Virus record (IMG/VR): IMGVR_UViG_3300047471_001174
Strand: one strand, 5' to 3'
Source: an uncultured virus (IMG/VR IMGVR_UViG_3300047471_001174)
Taxonomy: Duplodnaviria; Heunggongvirae; Uroviricota; Caudoviricetes
DNA length: 64,000 bases
This document shows, one piece after another, positions 1-9,426 of this stretch (the stretch's first letter is position 1; every line of letters starts with the position of its first letter). The notes beneath the pieces are model-generated. The model searched no databases. It saw nothing but the letters and a program-made list of their open reading frames with translations, and was not told where the DNA came from. The translations under genes and the position numbers were made by a program.

Positions 1-249
1 TGTTCGAATATGGCCCATTCGGAGGTAGGCCATGAACTGGCACCCTCGAGTAGGAGCAAAAAGAATGGAGCCCGACTCGGTCAGCAGCTCGAGCAGGAAT
101 CGTTGCACCAATTTGTCTATGCCGGCAATGATCATCCCGTCATTGCCCGGCAGCATCAGTGCGGCCGTCAGTAACCCGTTCTGAGTGCTGGGCCACTGCC
201 AGGCCAGCACGTCGACGGTCCGTCCTACATAGTCGGCGATTCCGCTCAT
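1..249 (-). CDS. Baseplate wedge protein, gp25/GPW-like (runs off the left edge)
   Basis: Not in the ORF track; translated by hand from ATG at 249, which overlaps the upstream stop (ATGA). MSGIADYVGR...GIDKLVQRFLLELLTESGSILFAPTRG fits the gp25-like L.Q....L.T..G...F.P..G pattern, in baseplate context. Confidence 0.65.
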   Translation of the reverse strand, partial: MSGIADYVGRTVDVLAWQWPSTQNGLLTAALMLPGNDGMIIAGIDKLVQRFLLELLTESGSILFAPTRGCQFMAYLRMGHIRT

Positions 250-710
250 GACTGGGGCTCCGATTTGCCAATCGCTACAAGTTGCTGCAGCTGTTGCAGT
301 ACAGCCAGGCCGAAGGTCCCATAATCGAGCCCGTGGCCCCGTTTCCTGGTCGCTGCGTGAGCGAAGGCCCGGGCTTTGTTGGACGTGTGTCGCTGGAGAA
401 AGGCTCGCTGCATCGTAGCCGTGTAATCAATGACCGTTTGTAAGACCTGCGCATCACCCTGTGAGCCGGGCTTGGCTGCCGTCGTAATGTCGATGTACTG
501 TTGATTGGAACTGCTCCTGTCGAACAGCTTAACCATGTTGACGTAGTCAGTGACGTCGCCGGGCCATGGGCTCGATGACGGGCTGATAGCTGGGACCATC
601 CACAGGGACGCACCGCCATTCTGTTCCGCGTCGGCCAACTTGGACGACAGGCTTTGCAGCTTCTGGATCAGTGCGTTGAATTCCGGAGGAACGTCGACGG
701 CAGTGGGCAT
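246..710 (-). CDS. Hypothetical protein (154 aa)
   Basis: Translationally coupled to both neighbours; no recognised motif. Confidence 0.75.
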   Translation of the reverse strand: MPTAVDVPPEFNALIQKLQSLSSKLADAEQNGGASLWMVPAISPSSSPWPGDVTDYVNMVKLFDRSSSNQQYIDITTAAKPGSQGDAQVLQTVIDYTATMQRAFLQRHTSNKARAFAHAATRKRGHGLDYGTFGLAVLQQLQQLVAIGKSEPQS

Positions 711-1444
711 TAGAACGGAGAGAGCTCCGACTCCTTATCCAGTGTTTGTTGAATGCGAGCCTTGCGTTGGGAGATGGCTCCTGGCGACAAGCGTAACAAC
801 TTGGCAATTTCGTGATTAGGCAAACGGGGTTGTCCGTGTAAACCTAGAGAATGTTCCATGATCTTTTGATTGATCGGATCCATGTCCGAGTAAACTGCCT
901 CTGTCCACGCAGTCGAACCCGGCTGAACTCCTGGCACGTATGACGACACATAGTTTTGGCCGGACGCAGCCAGATCGCTCTCGGCCGCCGGGAAGATGGC
1001 ACCGCGAAACTGCTGCACCTTTTCGATGGGTAACTTCGTATGGCTGGCAATTTCCTGCATGGTCGGCGCCCGGCCCAGGTCCTCGCTCAATTCATCCTCG
1101 GCCCGTCGAACTGTTTGATGCGATATGAGCCAGTGCTCGGGGATGGGGATGGCTTGAGCTTGTCTGGCGTTCAGCCGTTTAAGCCGCTGTAGATTTCGAG
1201 TCAAATGCGTTCCTACGCTGGCCCGGGCCGGATCGTACGATTCCATCGCCTGCAGAGCCAACAGTTTGGCGTGCCCGCCCAGAACCGGGTCGCTCTTCGG
1301 CCCGATGTTCAACGTGACAGCCTTGGTGATCGCGGGCTGGATCGTATCCAGCAGATGACTCGTGGTCTGCTGAGACGGTTTTGTCTTCCAAGCTACCCAC
1401 GCGGGGCGATAGGCAGGTTCAAGAAAATCGGTCGGAGTGGGCAT
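710..1444 (-). CDS. Sigma-70-family RNA polymerase sigma factor (FliA/WhiG-like, regions 2-4)
   Basis: Region 2-like LLALQAMESYDPAR; region 3 ELSEDLGRAPTMQEIA; region 4 HTH MDPINQKIMEHSLGL...NHEIAKLLRLSPGAISQ. Confidence 0.85.
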   Translation of the reverse strand: MPTPTDFLEPAYRPAWVAWKTKPSQQTTSHLLDTIQPAITKAVTLNIGPKSDPVLGGHAKLLALQAMESYDPARASVGTHLTRNLQRLKRLNARQAQAIPIPEHWLISHQTVRRAEDELSEDLGRAPTMQEIASHTKLPIEKVQQFRGAIFPAAESDLAASGQNYVSSYVPGVQPGSTAWTEAVYSDMDPINQKIMEHSLGLHGQPRLPNHEIAKLLRLSPGAISQRKARIQQTLDKESELSPF

Positions 1445-1446
1445 TG

Positions 1447-1464
1447 TAACTTTTCAAAAAGTTA
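1447..1464. promoter_or_regulatory. 18-bp palindrome, copy 1 (TAACTTTT-CA-AAAAGTTA)
   Basis: Perfect 8-bp inverted repeat filling the lipase-sigma junction; one of five copies. Confidence 0.7.
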
Positions 1465-2400
1465 AGTATCGAACTGCTTCGAAATAAGCGAGAAAAGAGG
1501 GACGGATCGGCCTTGTAACAGGCTGGCCACCTGCGAATTGGCTATTCCTGTTACTTCCGGTGCAACTGCTTGTTGGTACGCACCGCCCAGGCCGATCGCA
1601 TGGGCATCCACGATTGCGTCCATATTGCCATGCAGGATCAACTCGGCCAACGCGGCTCCCTGACGAAATTGACTGATGAACTTTGAACAGGTATCAACTG
1701 TGCGTTCCTTGTTTACGAATTTCAAATCCCCAATGCTCTCGTAGTCAAGGACGCCGATCGGATGCCCCAGTTCCTGGGCAGCCAGCTCGGCGATCTCCGT
1801 GCAGGGCGGTGTCAATGGAACAATGTCGCCGGCATTCTCGTATCGGTGAATCGAGATTGGCATCCCGAATATCTTATTGGCCGATGCGGCACCTACGCTG
1901 CGAGCTGCTCCAAACGTTGTAACGAGTGACGGTCGGCCGGTCAGTCTGTAAAACTGAATTGCTGCGAGCGTGGCCATTGCCCCGCCTTTGCTGTGACCAG
2001 TGAAATACACGCCAGGGGTATCGTCGGTAATAAGCGATTGAACCGTGGGCCACATTGAATCTATTGCTTCGGCAAATCCTGAATGCACAAATACCCCATT
2101 CCAGTCTGTCTGGACGGCGTCGAAGTCCTGCATCCAGTCGAGCAGCCTCTCCTTCCACGGTCGTGTGTGATCATTCACAGAGATCGTACCGCGGAACGCA
2201 ACCGTCGTACCGATATCCATTTTGCCGACAAGAGCCGCGTTGATGTTGTCCCTTCCACTGGCGATTGACACGGTCGTTCCCAGCAACCCGGCAGCCTCTG
2301 CCCATGGGCCACTGACCGTAGTTGTCTCGTCAGAATCGTTGACGGCTTTGGCCAGATTGCACATGGCCAACATGCGTCCCTCGAGTGTCTGAGCGATCAT
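1462..2400 (-). CDS. Class 3 lipase (alpha/beta hydrolase)
   Basis: VAFRGT, VHSGF, nucleophile elbow GHSKGG, TFGA, DIVP and a C-terminal His (DAH). Confidence 0.85.
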   Translation of the reverse strand: MIAQTLEGRMLAMCNLAKAVNDSDETTTVSGPWAEAAGLLGTTVSIASGRDNINAALVGKMDIGTTVAFRGTISVNDHTRPWKERLLDWMQDFDAVQTDWNGVFVHSGFAEAIDSMWPTVQSLITDDTPGVYFTGHSKGGAMATLAAIQFYRLTGRPSLVTTFGAARSVGAASANKIFGMPISIHRYENAGDIVPLTPPCTEIAELAAQELGHPIGVLDYESIGDLKFVNKERTVDTCSKFISQFRQGAALAELILHGNMDAIVDAHAIGLGGAYQQAVAPEVTGIANSQVASLLQGRSVPLFSLISKQFDT

Positions 2401-2409
2401 GACAGTCTT

Positions 2410-4203
2410 TCAAATGTTTCCGATGTTAAAGGCGGGGAGCATCGGTGTTCCCACAAAGCGTGTATTGTACAACGGATTGGACGCCTGGCAGTACCCTGAC
2501 TGCGTTTCGGACAGGCTTCGAAGGTGCGACAGCTGATAGGTTGTTGCAGCTTGTTGGGAGTCTGCATCGATCAGAATCGACGATCGCACGACCAACCCGT
2601 AGACGTCCTGGGCCAATGCATCCTGGTTTTTGGACAAGAACAATTCCGATGAACCCATCAGTTTGATCGTCGAACCCGGAGCAATATCGAATCGCAGTCG
2701 GCTGGCAATCGTGCCGACACGACCGGCCAGGGCCCGTTGTACGTACATTGACTGGGCAAACCGGTTCAGATAGTTGAATTGCGTCTTAGCGAGGTCGACA
2801 CCGGCTTGGGCCGCATTGTTGGCATTGGCTGGTTTCTGTGGATTCTCAGCGGCATTAACCACTGCTCCGACCTGTACGCCAGGTGGAGCACTGTTTCTAG
2901 CTGCAGACGGTTCAATCTCCTGGATCCATTCGGGGGCTTGCAGAAAGACAATCGCCCCATTTGCTGCGTCGGGTATATCCAGCGGTTGGAACAATCCGTT
3001 AAAGCTGACTTTGGTGATGTTAGCGTCCGTCGACGACCGGCCCCGGTTATTTGCCACCACAACAGCCTTGATCGGATAGTGCAACGCTGCCTGCATGTTC
3101 TCGGCAAAGTAGTCGTCGACAGCCAGTGTTCTCCACGGCGTCTGATTGCCCGTAAAACTCAAGCCGGGTGTAAGCGGCACGACCAGAGCCCGGTCGATCA
3201 TTGGCACGACGTGCAGGTCGAAGTTCGGGCTGATCTCTCCAACAAGATGATCCCACAACGTCCCGGCGCCATAGACTTGATTGATCTGTTTCATGATCGA
3301 AGATCGGATAGCCCCGGCCACCGCCTCGTCACCAGACGGTGAACTGGTCTGCAGCGGGCTGCCCGGTTTCCCGAAGTTGTACGGAAACAGGGCCTTCCTG
3401 GTCTCTGCAGTCATGCCCAGGCCGCCTTCCATCCTAGCCAGAGCATTCTTAGCCAGATTATTCACGGCCGAGTTGGCTACCAGATTTGTTGAAAAATCCC
3501 CGCCGAAGTCCATTGGACGTGAGCCGGCGTACACGTAGAAGAAATCCTTGAGTGCTCCCCAGACGTCCTGTGTGAGCTGGGGCAGATCGAGCAGGTCAGG
3601 GCCCACGTCGCTGACCAGAAACGGCTGTGTCGCCGCATCCCCGGTACCGGGCGCCAATCGCGACAGGGGAAATGCTAGGTTAGCTGCTCCCGATGGATGT
3701 ACGTACTGGCTCAACAGGCTTGTGTTAGCCAGATCAACCAACCAGTGAATCAGCTGGACAACCACGAAGATTCGTCCGTCGATCTTCTGATAATTGAACC
3801 CGACCAGCTTGCCGTCAAACAGCACCTGATACCCAAGATAGTTGGCCGCACTGGCATCTCCGCTGGTCTGGGCTATTGACGTGTTAGCTGCCGTCTTTTT
3901 GGTTGTCGATGTGGCTCCCGGCCACTGTGTGCCGGCCGCGTCATAATCGCCAGAAAATTTTCCGACGACCAACGCCTTCTGCATGGCTTTCAACTGGCCC
4001 GCTGTTGAATTGAACGGGTCCAGCTTGTCACCTGGCACAGGCTTTCCGACGGCCAATAGGCAAGTTGCTTGAGGCATTTCGTTAAGCGCAAAATAGCTGG
4101 CATGCTGAACCAGTCGATATTTCAGCACCTTGCCGCCGTCCAGGGTGACCCACAATTGGACATCGATGCCCCCGGTCAACGCCCATCGTTTACTAACTGC
4201 CAC
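2410..4203 (-). CDS. Putative baseplate hub protein (gp27/GpD-like)
   Basis: Position downstream of the tape measure; C-terminal RFDIAPGSTIKL is typical of hub/late-control D proteins. Function inferred. Confidence 0.5.
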   Translation of the reverse strand: MAVSKRWALTGGIDVQLWVTLDGGKVLKYRLVQHASYFALNEMPQATCLLAVGKPVPGDKLDPFNSTAGQLKAMQKALVVGKFSGDYDAAGTQWPGATSTTKKTAANTSIAQTSGDASAANYLGYQVLFDGKLVGFNYQKIDGRIFVVVQLIHWLVDLANTSLLSQYVHPSGAANLAFPLSRLAPGTGDAATQPFLVSDVGPDLLDLPQLTQDVWGALKDFFYVYAGSRPMDFGGDFSTNLVANSAVNNLAKNALARMEGGLGMTAETRKALFPYNFGKPGSPLQTSSPSGDEAVAGAIRSSIMKQINQVYGAGTLWDHLVGEISPNFDLHVVPMIDRALVVPLTPGLSFTGNQTPWRTLAVDDYFAENMQAALHYPIKAVVVANNRGRSSTDANITKVSFNGLFQPLDIPDAANGAIVFLQAPEWIQEIEPSAARNSAPPGVQVGAVVNAAENPQKPANANNAAQAGVDLAKTQFNYLNRFAQSMYVQRALAGRVGTIASRLRFDIAPGSTIKLMGSSELFLSKNQDALAQDVYGLVVRSSILIDADSQQAATTYQLSHLRSLSETQSGYCQASNPLYNTRFVGTPMLPAFNIGNI

Positions 4204-5113
4204 TGTTCACCCTGAGTAGTTCCAGCTGGTGCAAGTAGGCCAGCAAAAAGCCGATCATGCGATTGCTTGTCTCAGGCGCCAACTCCCACAAGTTACGGTA
4301 GGTGTTCCACGGCTCTTCCGACTGCGTCGTAAACACGGCAGCCAACGTCGACTGGCTCATGGACTGCAGGATATTGACCATGTCGCAGATCGAACGCTTA
4401 GGTGTTGCGGTAGTCGTAACATTCCATGTGTCACCGATCAGCCCGTAAAATTGGAAGGTGTACCCCGAGTCGCCCAGTGCGATCGGTTGAGACAAGTTAC
4501 TTATGAAATTGTACGTGTTAAGCCACAGTTTGCTGTTTGGTTGTTTTGTCACGGCCACAGTCGCCATGCTAACACCCACACGCCCGGCGAATGAGCCGTA
4601 CTGTCGGCCCATAATGCCAGGTGCGGCAGAACCGAGTTGGGTGATCGCCGCGACAGGCGAGGGCTCTATTGCGAACTGTGGTCCCAACTCTTGCGTCACA
4701 GTAACTGTCCACTGTGCTCGCATGATTCCGTCTGAGTCTGGCGGATCCTCTTGGCCCAGCACGTAAAGGGTTGAACTGGGTCGAGACGTCTGCATTCCGA
4801 TCTGAGGCGAGTAGGTCGACGGCAGATAAAAAATCGGATCTGTGCTGTTCAAGTAGGTGACCCGCGGGTCGAATTGCAGAGCGTAGTTCGCATAACGCGA
4901 ATCGTGAATCATCCCGAGCAGTTGGCGGGATCTGTAATTGAGCATGGTCCTGTCTGGGGTCGATCCGCACAGGGCTGCTCTGACCGACGCCAACGGCGTG
5001 GGCAAGACTAATGGGCGGAATGTCGGATCTACTATTTCGTCCCCCGGGACATCGCTGAAAATCCCGGAGTCGCCAGGCAGATTGACGAACAGTGTTCGAA
5101 TGTGATTGATCAT
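4193..5113 (-). CDS. Putative tail/baseplate protein carrying the ITQLGSAAPGIMGRQY peptide
   Basis: 306-aa coupled ORF in the baseplate cluster. Confidence 0.7.
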   Translation of the reverse strand: MINHIRTLFVNLPGDSGIFSDVPGDEIVDPTFRPLVLPTPLASVRAALCGSTPDRTMLNYRSRQLLGMIHDSRYANYALQFDPRVTYLNSTDPIFYLPSTYSPQIGMQTSRPSSTLYVLGQEDPPDSDGIMRAQWTVTVTQELGPQFAIEPSPVAAITQLGSAAPGIMGRQYGSFAGRVGVSMATVAVTKQPNSKLWLNTYNFISNLSQPIALGDSGYTFQFYGLIGDTWNVTTTATPKRSICDMVNILQSMSQSTLAAVFTTQSEEPWNTYRNLWELAPETSNRMIGFLLAYLHQLELLRVNSGS

Positions 5114-5115
5114 GA

Positions 5116-5709
5116 CTAGAATCCTGCTCCGGCAATCGCCACACCTTTTTGGAAACTCGCCGGAGCGCCGCCTTGTCCGAATCCCTGCAAACCACCGGGG
5201 CCAAATAACCCTGGGTTGTTACCCAACACCTCAGGGACAGTCCGGATCATCATGGTAAACTCGGCCATCTGAAATTCAGGATTGAGCATGTTCAATTGCA
5301 TGTCAGTCAGGAATCCGCGGATCACTGTAGTGCCGACCGTAACCTCGATTTCATTGTTCGCGTTCTGCTGATTGGATAGGCGATTCTGATCGAAATAGGC
5401 CATCGCATAGTCGAGGCCTGTCCCGCTTTCGAAGTCGCAGAAAACACCGTACGACACGGGACCACCAATCGCCAGACCGCTGATAACGATTGAGCCTACT
5501 CGGTCACCAAATACGTAGACATACACGACGTTTCCCAGACTGTGCTGCAGCTGGTAGTTGCAAGACTTTGACACGCCCACTCGAGAGATTAACACTCGGT
5601 GCGTATCGAAGCTCAGGATGGGATTGAGCTTGATGAATCGAATGAGACCGGCGGCCGGATTGGTACGCATCACCGTGATACGTCCAGGGAAGCCGTCTAG
5701 AATCAGCAT
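5116..5709 (-). CDS. Putative baseplate/tail-tube initiator protein
   Basis: 197-aa beta-rich ORF directly after the tape measure; call rests on gene order. Confidence 0.5.
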   Translation of the reverse strand: MLILDGFPGRITVMRTNPAAGLIRFIKLNPILSFDTHRVLISRVGVSKSCNYQLQHSLGNVVYVYVFGDRVGSIVISGLAIGGPVSYGVFCDFESGTGLDYAMAYFDQNRLSNQQNANNEIEVTVGTTVIRGFLTDMQLNMLNPEFQMAEFTMMIRTVPEVLGNNPGLFGPGGLQGFGQGGAPASFQKGVAIAGAGF

Positions 5710-5716
5710 ATGTCAC

Positions 5717-8700
5717 CTAACCAACCGCGGCCGCGTCACCGGGGCCGGCGAATTTAAGAGTTTTACCGGACACGTTGCGCAACTCACCCTTACCGTCGGC
5801 GATCTTGAGAACGAGCTCGCCTGTAACCTTCATGGTCGACGCACTCGCATCCGCTACCTTATCGTCGTCGGCCTTCTTTTTCTTAGCCTCTTCCTCCGCC
5901 ATTTTGATAATCCGCTGTTCCATGATCTTCGCCTGGGCTGCTGCACCGCCTCCGCCCAAGACTTCACCGTCTTCACCCATGATGGCTTTCTCACCCGCCG
6001 CATTTCGTCCAGCGACAAGCAGCCGCATATCTCGCATTGTCTTTTCACCGCCGGCCAATGCCTTGATCCCGGCATCCATTTTGCCGGTACTGATCATGTC
6101 CTCTGCGTCTTCTTTAGAAATCCCCTTTTTCAACAACAACTGACGCATCAATTCCTTCGGGTCTTGACGGCCACGCAACTTGTCCAAGTCCTTTTTCAGG
6201 TCAGCATCGTTCCCGTTCCTGGCCAGGTCTGCCGGCCCGGCTTCGATTCGTGTCAGCACGTCCATTCCGCTCTTAATGTCATCGTGAGCTTGTTGAGCCG
6301 CTCGGCGGACATCGCCCACCTTGCTTGGGTCCACCCCGTGCAAATCGCCGGCAGCCAGTTTGGCCACGTCACCACCTGTGTACCGGTCGGCCAGCATCTG
6401 CAGTTTTTCTCTTCCTTCGGCCAGTCGCTCCGCGGCTCGGAGTCCGCGACGGCCGCCCTTTTTAAGGATGAAATCGTCACCAGAGATCGCCGCGGCGAGC
6501 AGGTTGCTCGTACTACCCATCATGTTTCCGGCATACTCACGCATCGCCCGACCGCTGGCCGACCCCCAGAATTTATCTCTGTCAGCCGGAGACAGATTCT
6601 GATCGCGGAAAATTTTGCGAGCATCGTGAAAGTCTTTGACAGCGTCACGGGCTTCTTTCCCCACCTTGGGGCCCATCGTGTTGTACAGGTCGCCGACGCC
6701 TTTGATATCTTCCAGGGCTTTCAGCACTCCCGGATTATTCTTGTCAGCACTGACCAGCTCGTCCCTGATCGCGATTAGCTTAGCGTGGTTGGCTGGCGAC
6801 TGGTCCTTCTCGTAATCGGCATAGGCCGAGTCGAATCGATCCTGTAGATTTTTCAAGCGTTGCAGCTGAGGGCCCAAAGCCTGACCGGCCGCTCCCAGAT
6901 CGATACCCCCCGTTATCTTGAGGATGTAGTCCTGCATTCTCATACCCTTCTTCATTCCCTGTAATCCACCCATCAGATTACCGAGGATCGAATCCGGGGC
7001 CGCGAACTTCGATAGAGGCGTCTGAAGCAATTGGCGAGCTGTGTCGAGCTTCATCTGTTTACTGGCCGCGGCGATGTTATCCGGATGGTTATTTTGAAGA
7101 GCATTTACAAAATATCCAACCTTCGCACCGTACGCGTTATCTGACGCGGCCTGATCGAGGGATCCGTACGCGATATCTCCAATGGTTCCATGGGCGTTAC
7201 CAAGACGACCGCCAACAGCCGTGCTGATCGCTGAACCCAATACGCGACTTCTCTCGACAGGTTTAGACATGTCTTCTCGAGACATGCTGAACAGAGCCTC
7301 TGTTCCTTTTTCGGCCGCCGTAGTGGCCAGGGCGTCGATCTGCTCGTGCGTCATCCCGGGATTTTTTTCTCGCAGCTGATTGAAGATGTTATTCCGCAGA
7401 TGCTGTCGTGTGGTCTCCTTCGCGTCGATTGGCTGCAGCTGCCGGGTAATCCCGCCGATGTTGAACTGGTGCAGGGTTTCCTGATTTGCCGTAGTTTGAC
7501 CCAGTGCCGCACGAATTTGGCCGGGTGTGAAGCCCACGCCCTGCATCATCTCCATAAACTCGCCCGGCTTTTGATGCATGGCATCCATCGCATCGCCACG
7601 AATGATGGACTGAGCGAACTGTTCAGCTTGCGACCCGGCGGCGAATTGACCGCCCCCGCTTGATGCACGCAGACGCATCATCACTGCCAACTGATTAGCC
7701 ATCACTGAGCCAGTCGCTCCGGCCCGTTTCGTCATGTCGAGCTGGGCCTGGGCATTGCGATCCAGCTGACCGAACGTGGGGACCAGCCCCTGCAGGCCAG
7801 CGTAGAAGGCCATGCCGCCCTGAGCGATCTGTGGGCCAAATACCGGGTTGAGACCCATCTGATGAGCGAACACGGCGCCTTGCATAGTCATCTGTTGGGC
7901 TGCTTCCAGCGGGATCCCTGCGACCTTGGCCAGGTTGTGCGTGCTGCGAACAATCTGTGTCAACTTGCCTGGGTCGAACTGAGCCATTCCACCCATCGTC
8001 AGTGACTCGAGACTGTGCAGCAGTTGGGCCATCGGGGCATTCGGCTGCCCATTATCTCCAAAGATTTCCCGCATGGCCGTGATGGTCTGCGAATACTTCT
8101 GAATTGTATCTTTGACTTTCCCCGCGTCGAAAGCCCGCAGTTTTTCGGAGACTTTTGGCGTCAGTGCTAACTTGTCGATCTCAGATCCGGACATACCACT
8201 GATGTCGTGGCCCATTTCACGCAACACTGACGACCGGTCAAATGACGGCATCAATCCTCGCCGTGTCAGCTCGTCGAACGCCTGACCAGCTCGGCCGGCT
8301 GTGACTCCGTACATTCTTGTGGCATCGCCCGTGTTATACATCGACATGACGCTGTCACGGACGGCCGCGGCTGATGCGGCAGACATTCCCATCTGGCCAG
8401 TGACCGGATCCAGCCGGTACCGTCCACCCATCATCAGGTTGTGGTTCAATAGCGACGCACTGCCGATTCGGCCACCAAGGCCTTCCAGCACGTCCGGCAT
8501 CAGCTGGGCCATCATAGGGGCCCCTTTAGCCAAGAAGGCTGACAGGGCCTGGGCCGAACCCATTGTGGACACATTCCAAGGCGTTCCGGCCAGGTGGGCC
8601 ATTCCACGCATTGAGTGCATCATTGTCTGGGCTTCGGCGTGCCGAGACATGTCCATCGAATGCTCATACATCCGCTGAAACTGCAACCGCTGCGACACGT

Positions 8701-8920
8701 CGTACATGTTCTGCGAGTGGCCAAAACCCAGCGGGAACATCCCCTGCTGGCTCATCGCCTGCTGCAGATACGGTTGAGCCGCCATCTGCATGCCCATTCC
8801 GAACATGCCGTTCCCGAACGCGTTGCCAAACATGTTAAAAGGCTGATAGGCCGCACCGGTCGCAAGTGGTGCGTACCCGCCGATAGTCGGCATCATGTTG
8901 GGCGATTGAAACATCGACAT
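5717..8920 (-). CDS. Putative tail tape measure protein
   Basis: 1067 aa, A/G/M/Q-rich helical composition, follows the tail chaperone pair. Confidence 0.7.
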   Translation of the reverse strand: MSMFQSPNMMPTIGGYAPLATGAAYQPFNMFGNAFGNGMFGMGMQMAAQPYLQQAMSQQGMFPLGFGHSQNMYDVSQRLQFQRMYEHSMDMSRHAEAQTMMHSMRGMAHLAGTPWNVSTMGSAQALSAFLAKGAPMMAQLMPDVLEGLGGRIGSASLLNHNLMMGGRYRLDPVTGQMGMSAASAAAVRDSVMSMYNTGDATRMYGVTAGRAGQAFDELTRRGLMPSFDRSSVLREMGHDISGMSGSEIDKLALTPKVSEKLRAFDAGKVKDTIQKYSQTITAMREIFGDNGQPNAPMAQLLHSLESLTMGGMAQFDPGKLTQIVRSTHNLAKVAGIPLEAAQQMTMQGAVFAHQMGLNPVFGPQIAQGGMAFYAGLQGLVPTFGQLDRNAQAQLDMTKRAGATGSVMANQLAVMMRLRASSGGGQFAAGSQAEQFAQSIIRGDAMDAMHQKPGEFMEMMQGVGFTPGQIRAALGQTTANQETLHQFNIGGITRQLQPIDAKETTRQHLRNNIFNQLREKNPGMTHEQIDALATTAAEKGTEALFSMSREDMSKPVERSRVLGSAISTAVGGRLGNAHGTIGDIAYGSLDQAASDNAYGAKVGYFVNALQNNHPDNIAAASKQMKLDTARQLLQTPLSKFAAPDSILGNLMGGLQGMKKGMRMQDYILKITGGIDLGAAGQALGPQLQRLKNLQDRFDSAYADYEKDQSPANHAKLIAIRDELVSADKNNPGVLKALEDIKGVGDLYNTMGPKVGKEARDAVKDFHDARKIFRDQNLSPADRDKFWGSASGRAMREYAGNMMGSTSNLLAAAISGDDFILKKGGRRGLRAAERLAEGREKLQMLADRYTGGDVAKLAAGDLHGVDPSKVGDVRRAAQQAHDDIKSGMDVLTRIEAGPADLARNGNDADLKKDLDKLRGRQDPKELMRQLLLKKGISKEDAEDMISTGKMDAGIKALAGGEKTMRDMRLLVAGRNAAGEKAIMGEDGEVLGGGGAAAQAKIMEQRIIKMAEEEAKKKKADDDKVADASASTMKVTGELVLKIADGKGELRNVSGKTLKFAGPGDAAAVG

Positions 8921-9426
8921 CAGCGTTTCCTGTTCCTAGTTCGCGGCTTGACCCTGGACAGGGCCAGTTTGCGAGCTTCTTCCTCTCGTTCCTTGTTACT
9001 CTGCAGAGCGCTAAGTCGGCGTTGATTCAGTTCCTCGACCAGCAGATTCACCTGCTGACGATAAGCCGGATCGTTCATGTCACCGACAGCTGTATTGTAC
9101 TGCTCGGCGATCGCTTCGTGTTCCCTCTTTTCAACCGCCGTGTTGTCATGCCACGGATAAATCCGCTTGGTGACGGCGTCGTAGGCGTCTGCCGCGTCCT
9201 TCAAAAACTGGATATTTAAGTTGTTGTCCGGGATACTGCCGACCAGAGCAAGGCTGTGCCGATGTTTGAATTTGACGTAATCTCTATCGGTTTGATCGCC
9301 CAGCTCATCCAGAATAAACCGAAGACGTCGCCACCAGGCCGGGTCTTCGAATCTCGATTTACTGAAATCGATCAGCCCGGCAGCGTACGCTCGCATACTC
9401 AGGATGAGGCTCCGGTCGGTTCCCAA
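8920..9426 (-). CDS. Tail assembly chaperone, T part (probably a -1 frameshift extension)
   Basis: Overlaps the end of the upstream ORF in the -1 frame, starting exactly at a G GAT TTT site; lies just before the tape measure. Confidence 0.6.
   Translation of the reverse strand: MGTDRSLILSMRAYAAGLIDFSKSRFEDPAWWRRLRFILDELGDQTDRDYVKFKHRHSLALVGSIPDNNLNIQFLKDAADAYDAVTKRIYPWHDNTAVEKREHEAIAEQYNTAVGDMNDPAYRQQVNLLVEELNQRRLSALQSNKEREEEARKLALSRVKPRTRNRKR

Noticed and set aside
5558..6778. 406-aa plus-strand ORF
   Set aside because: Antisense shadow of the tape measure gene; no motif and atypical composition.
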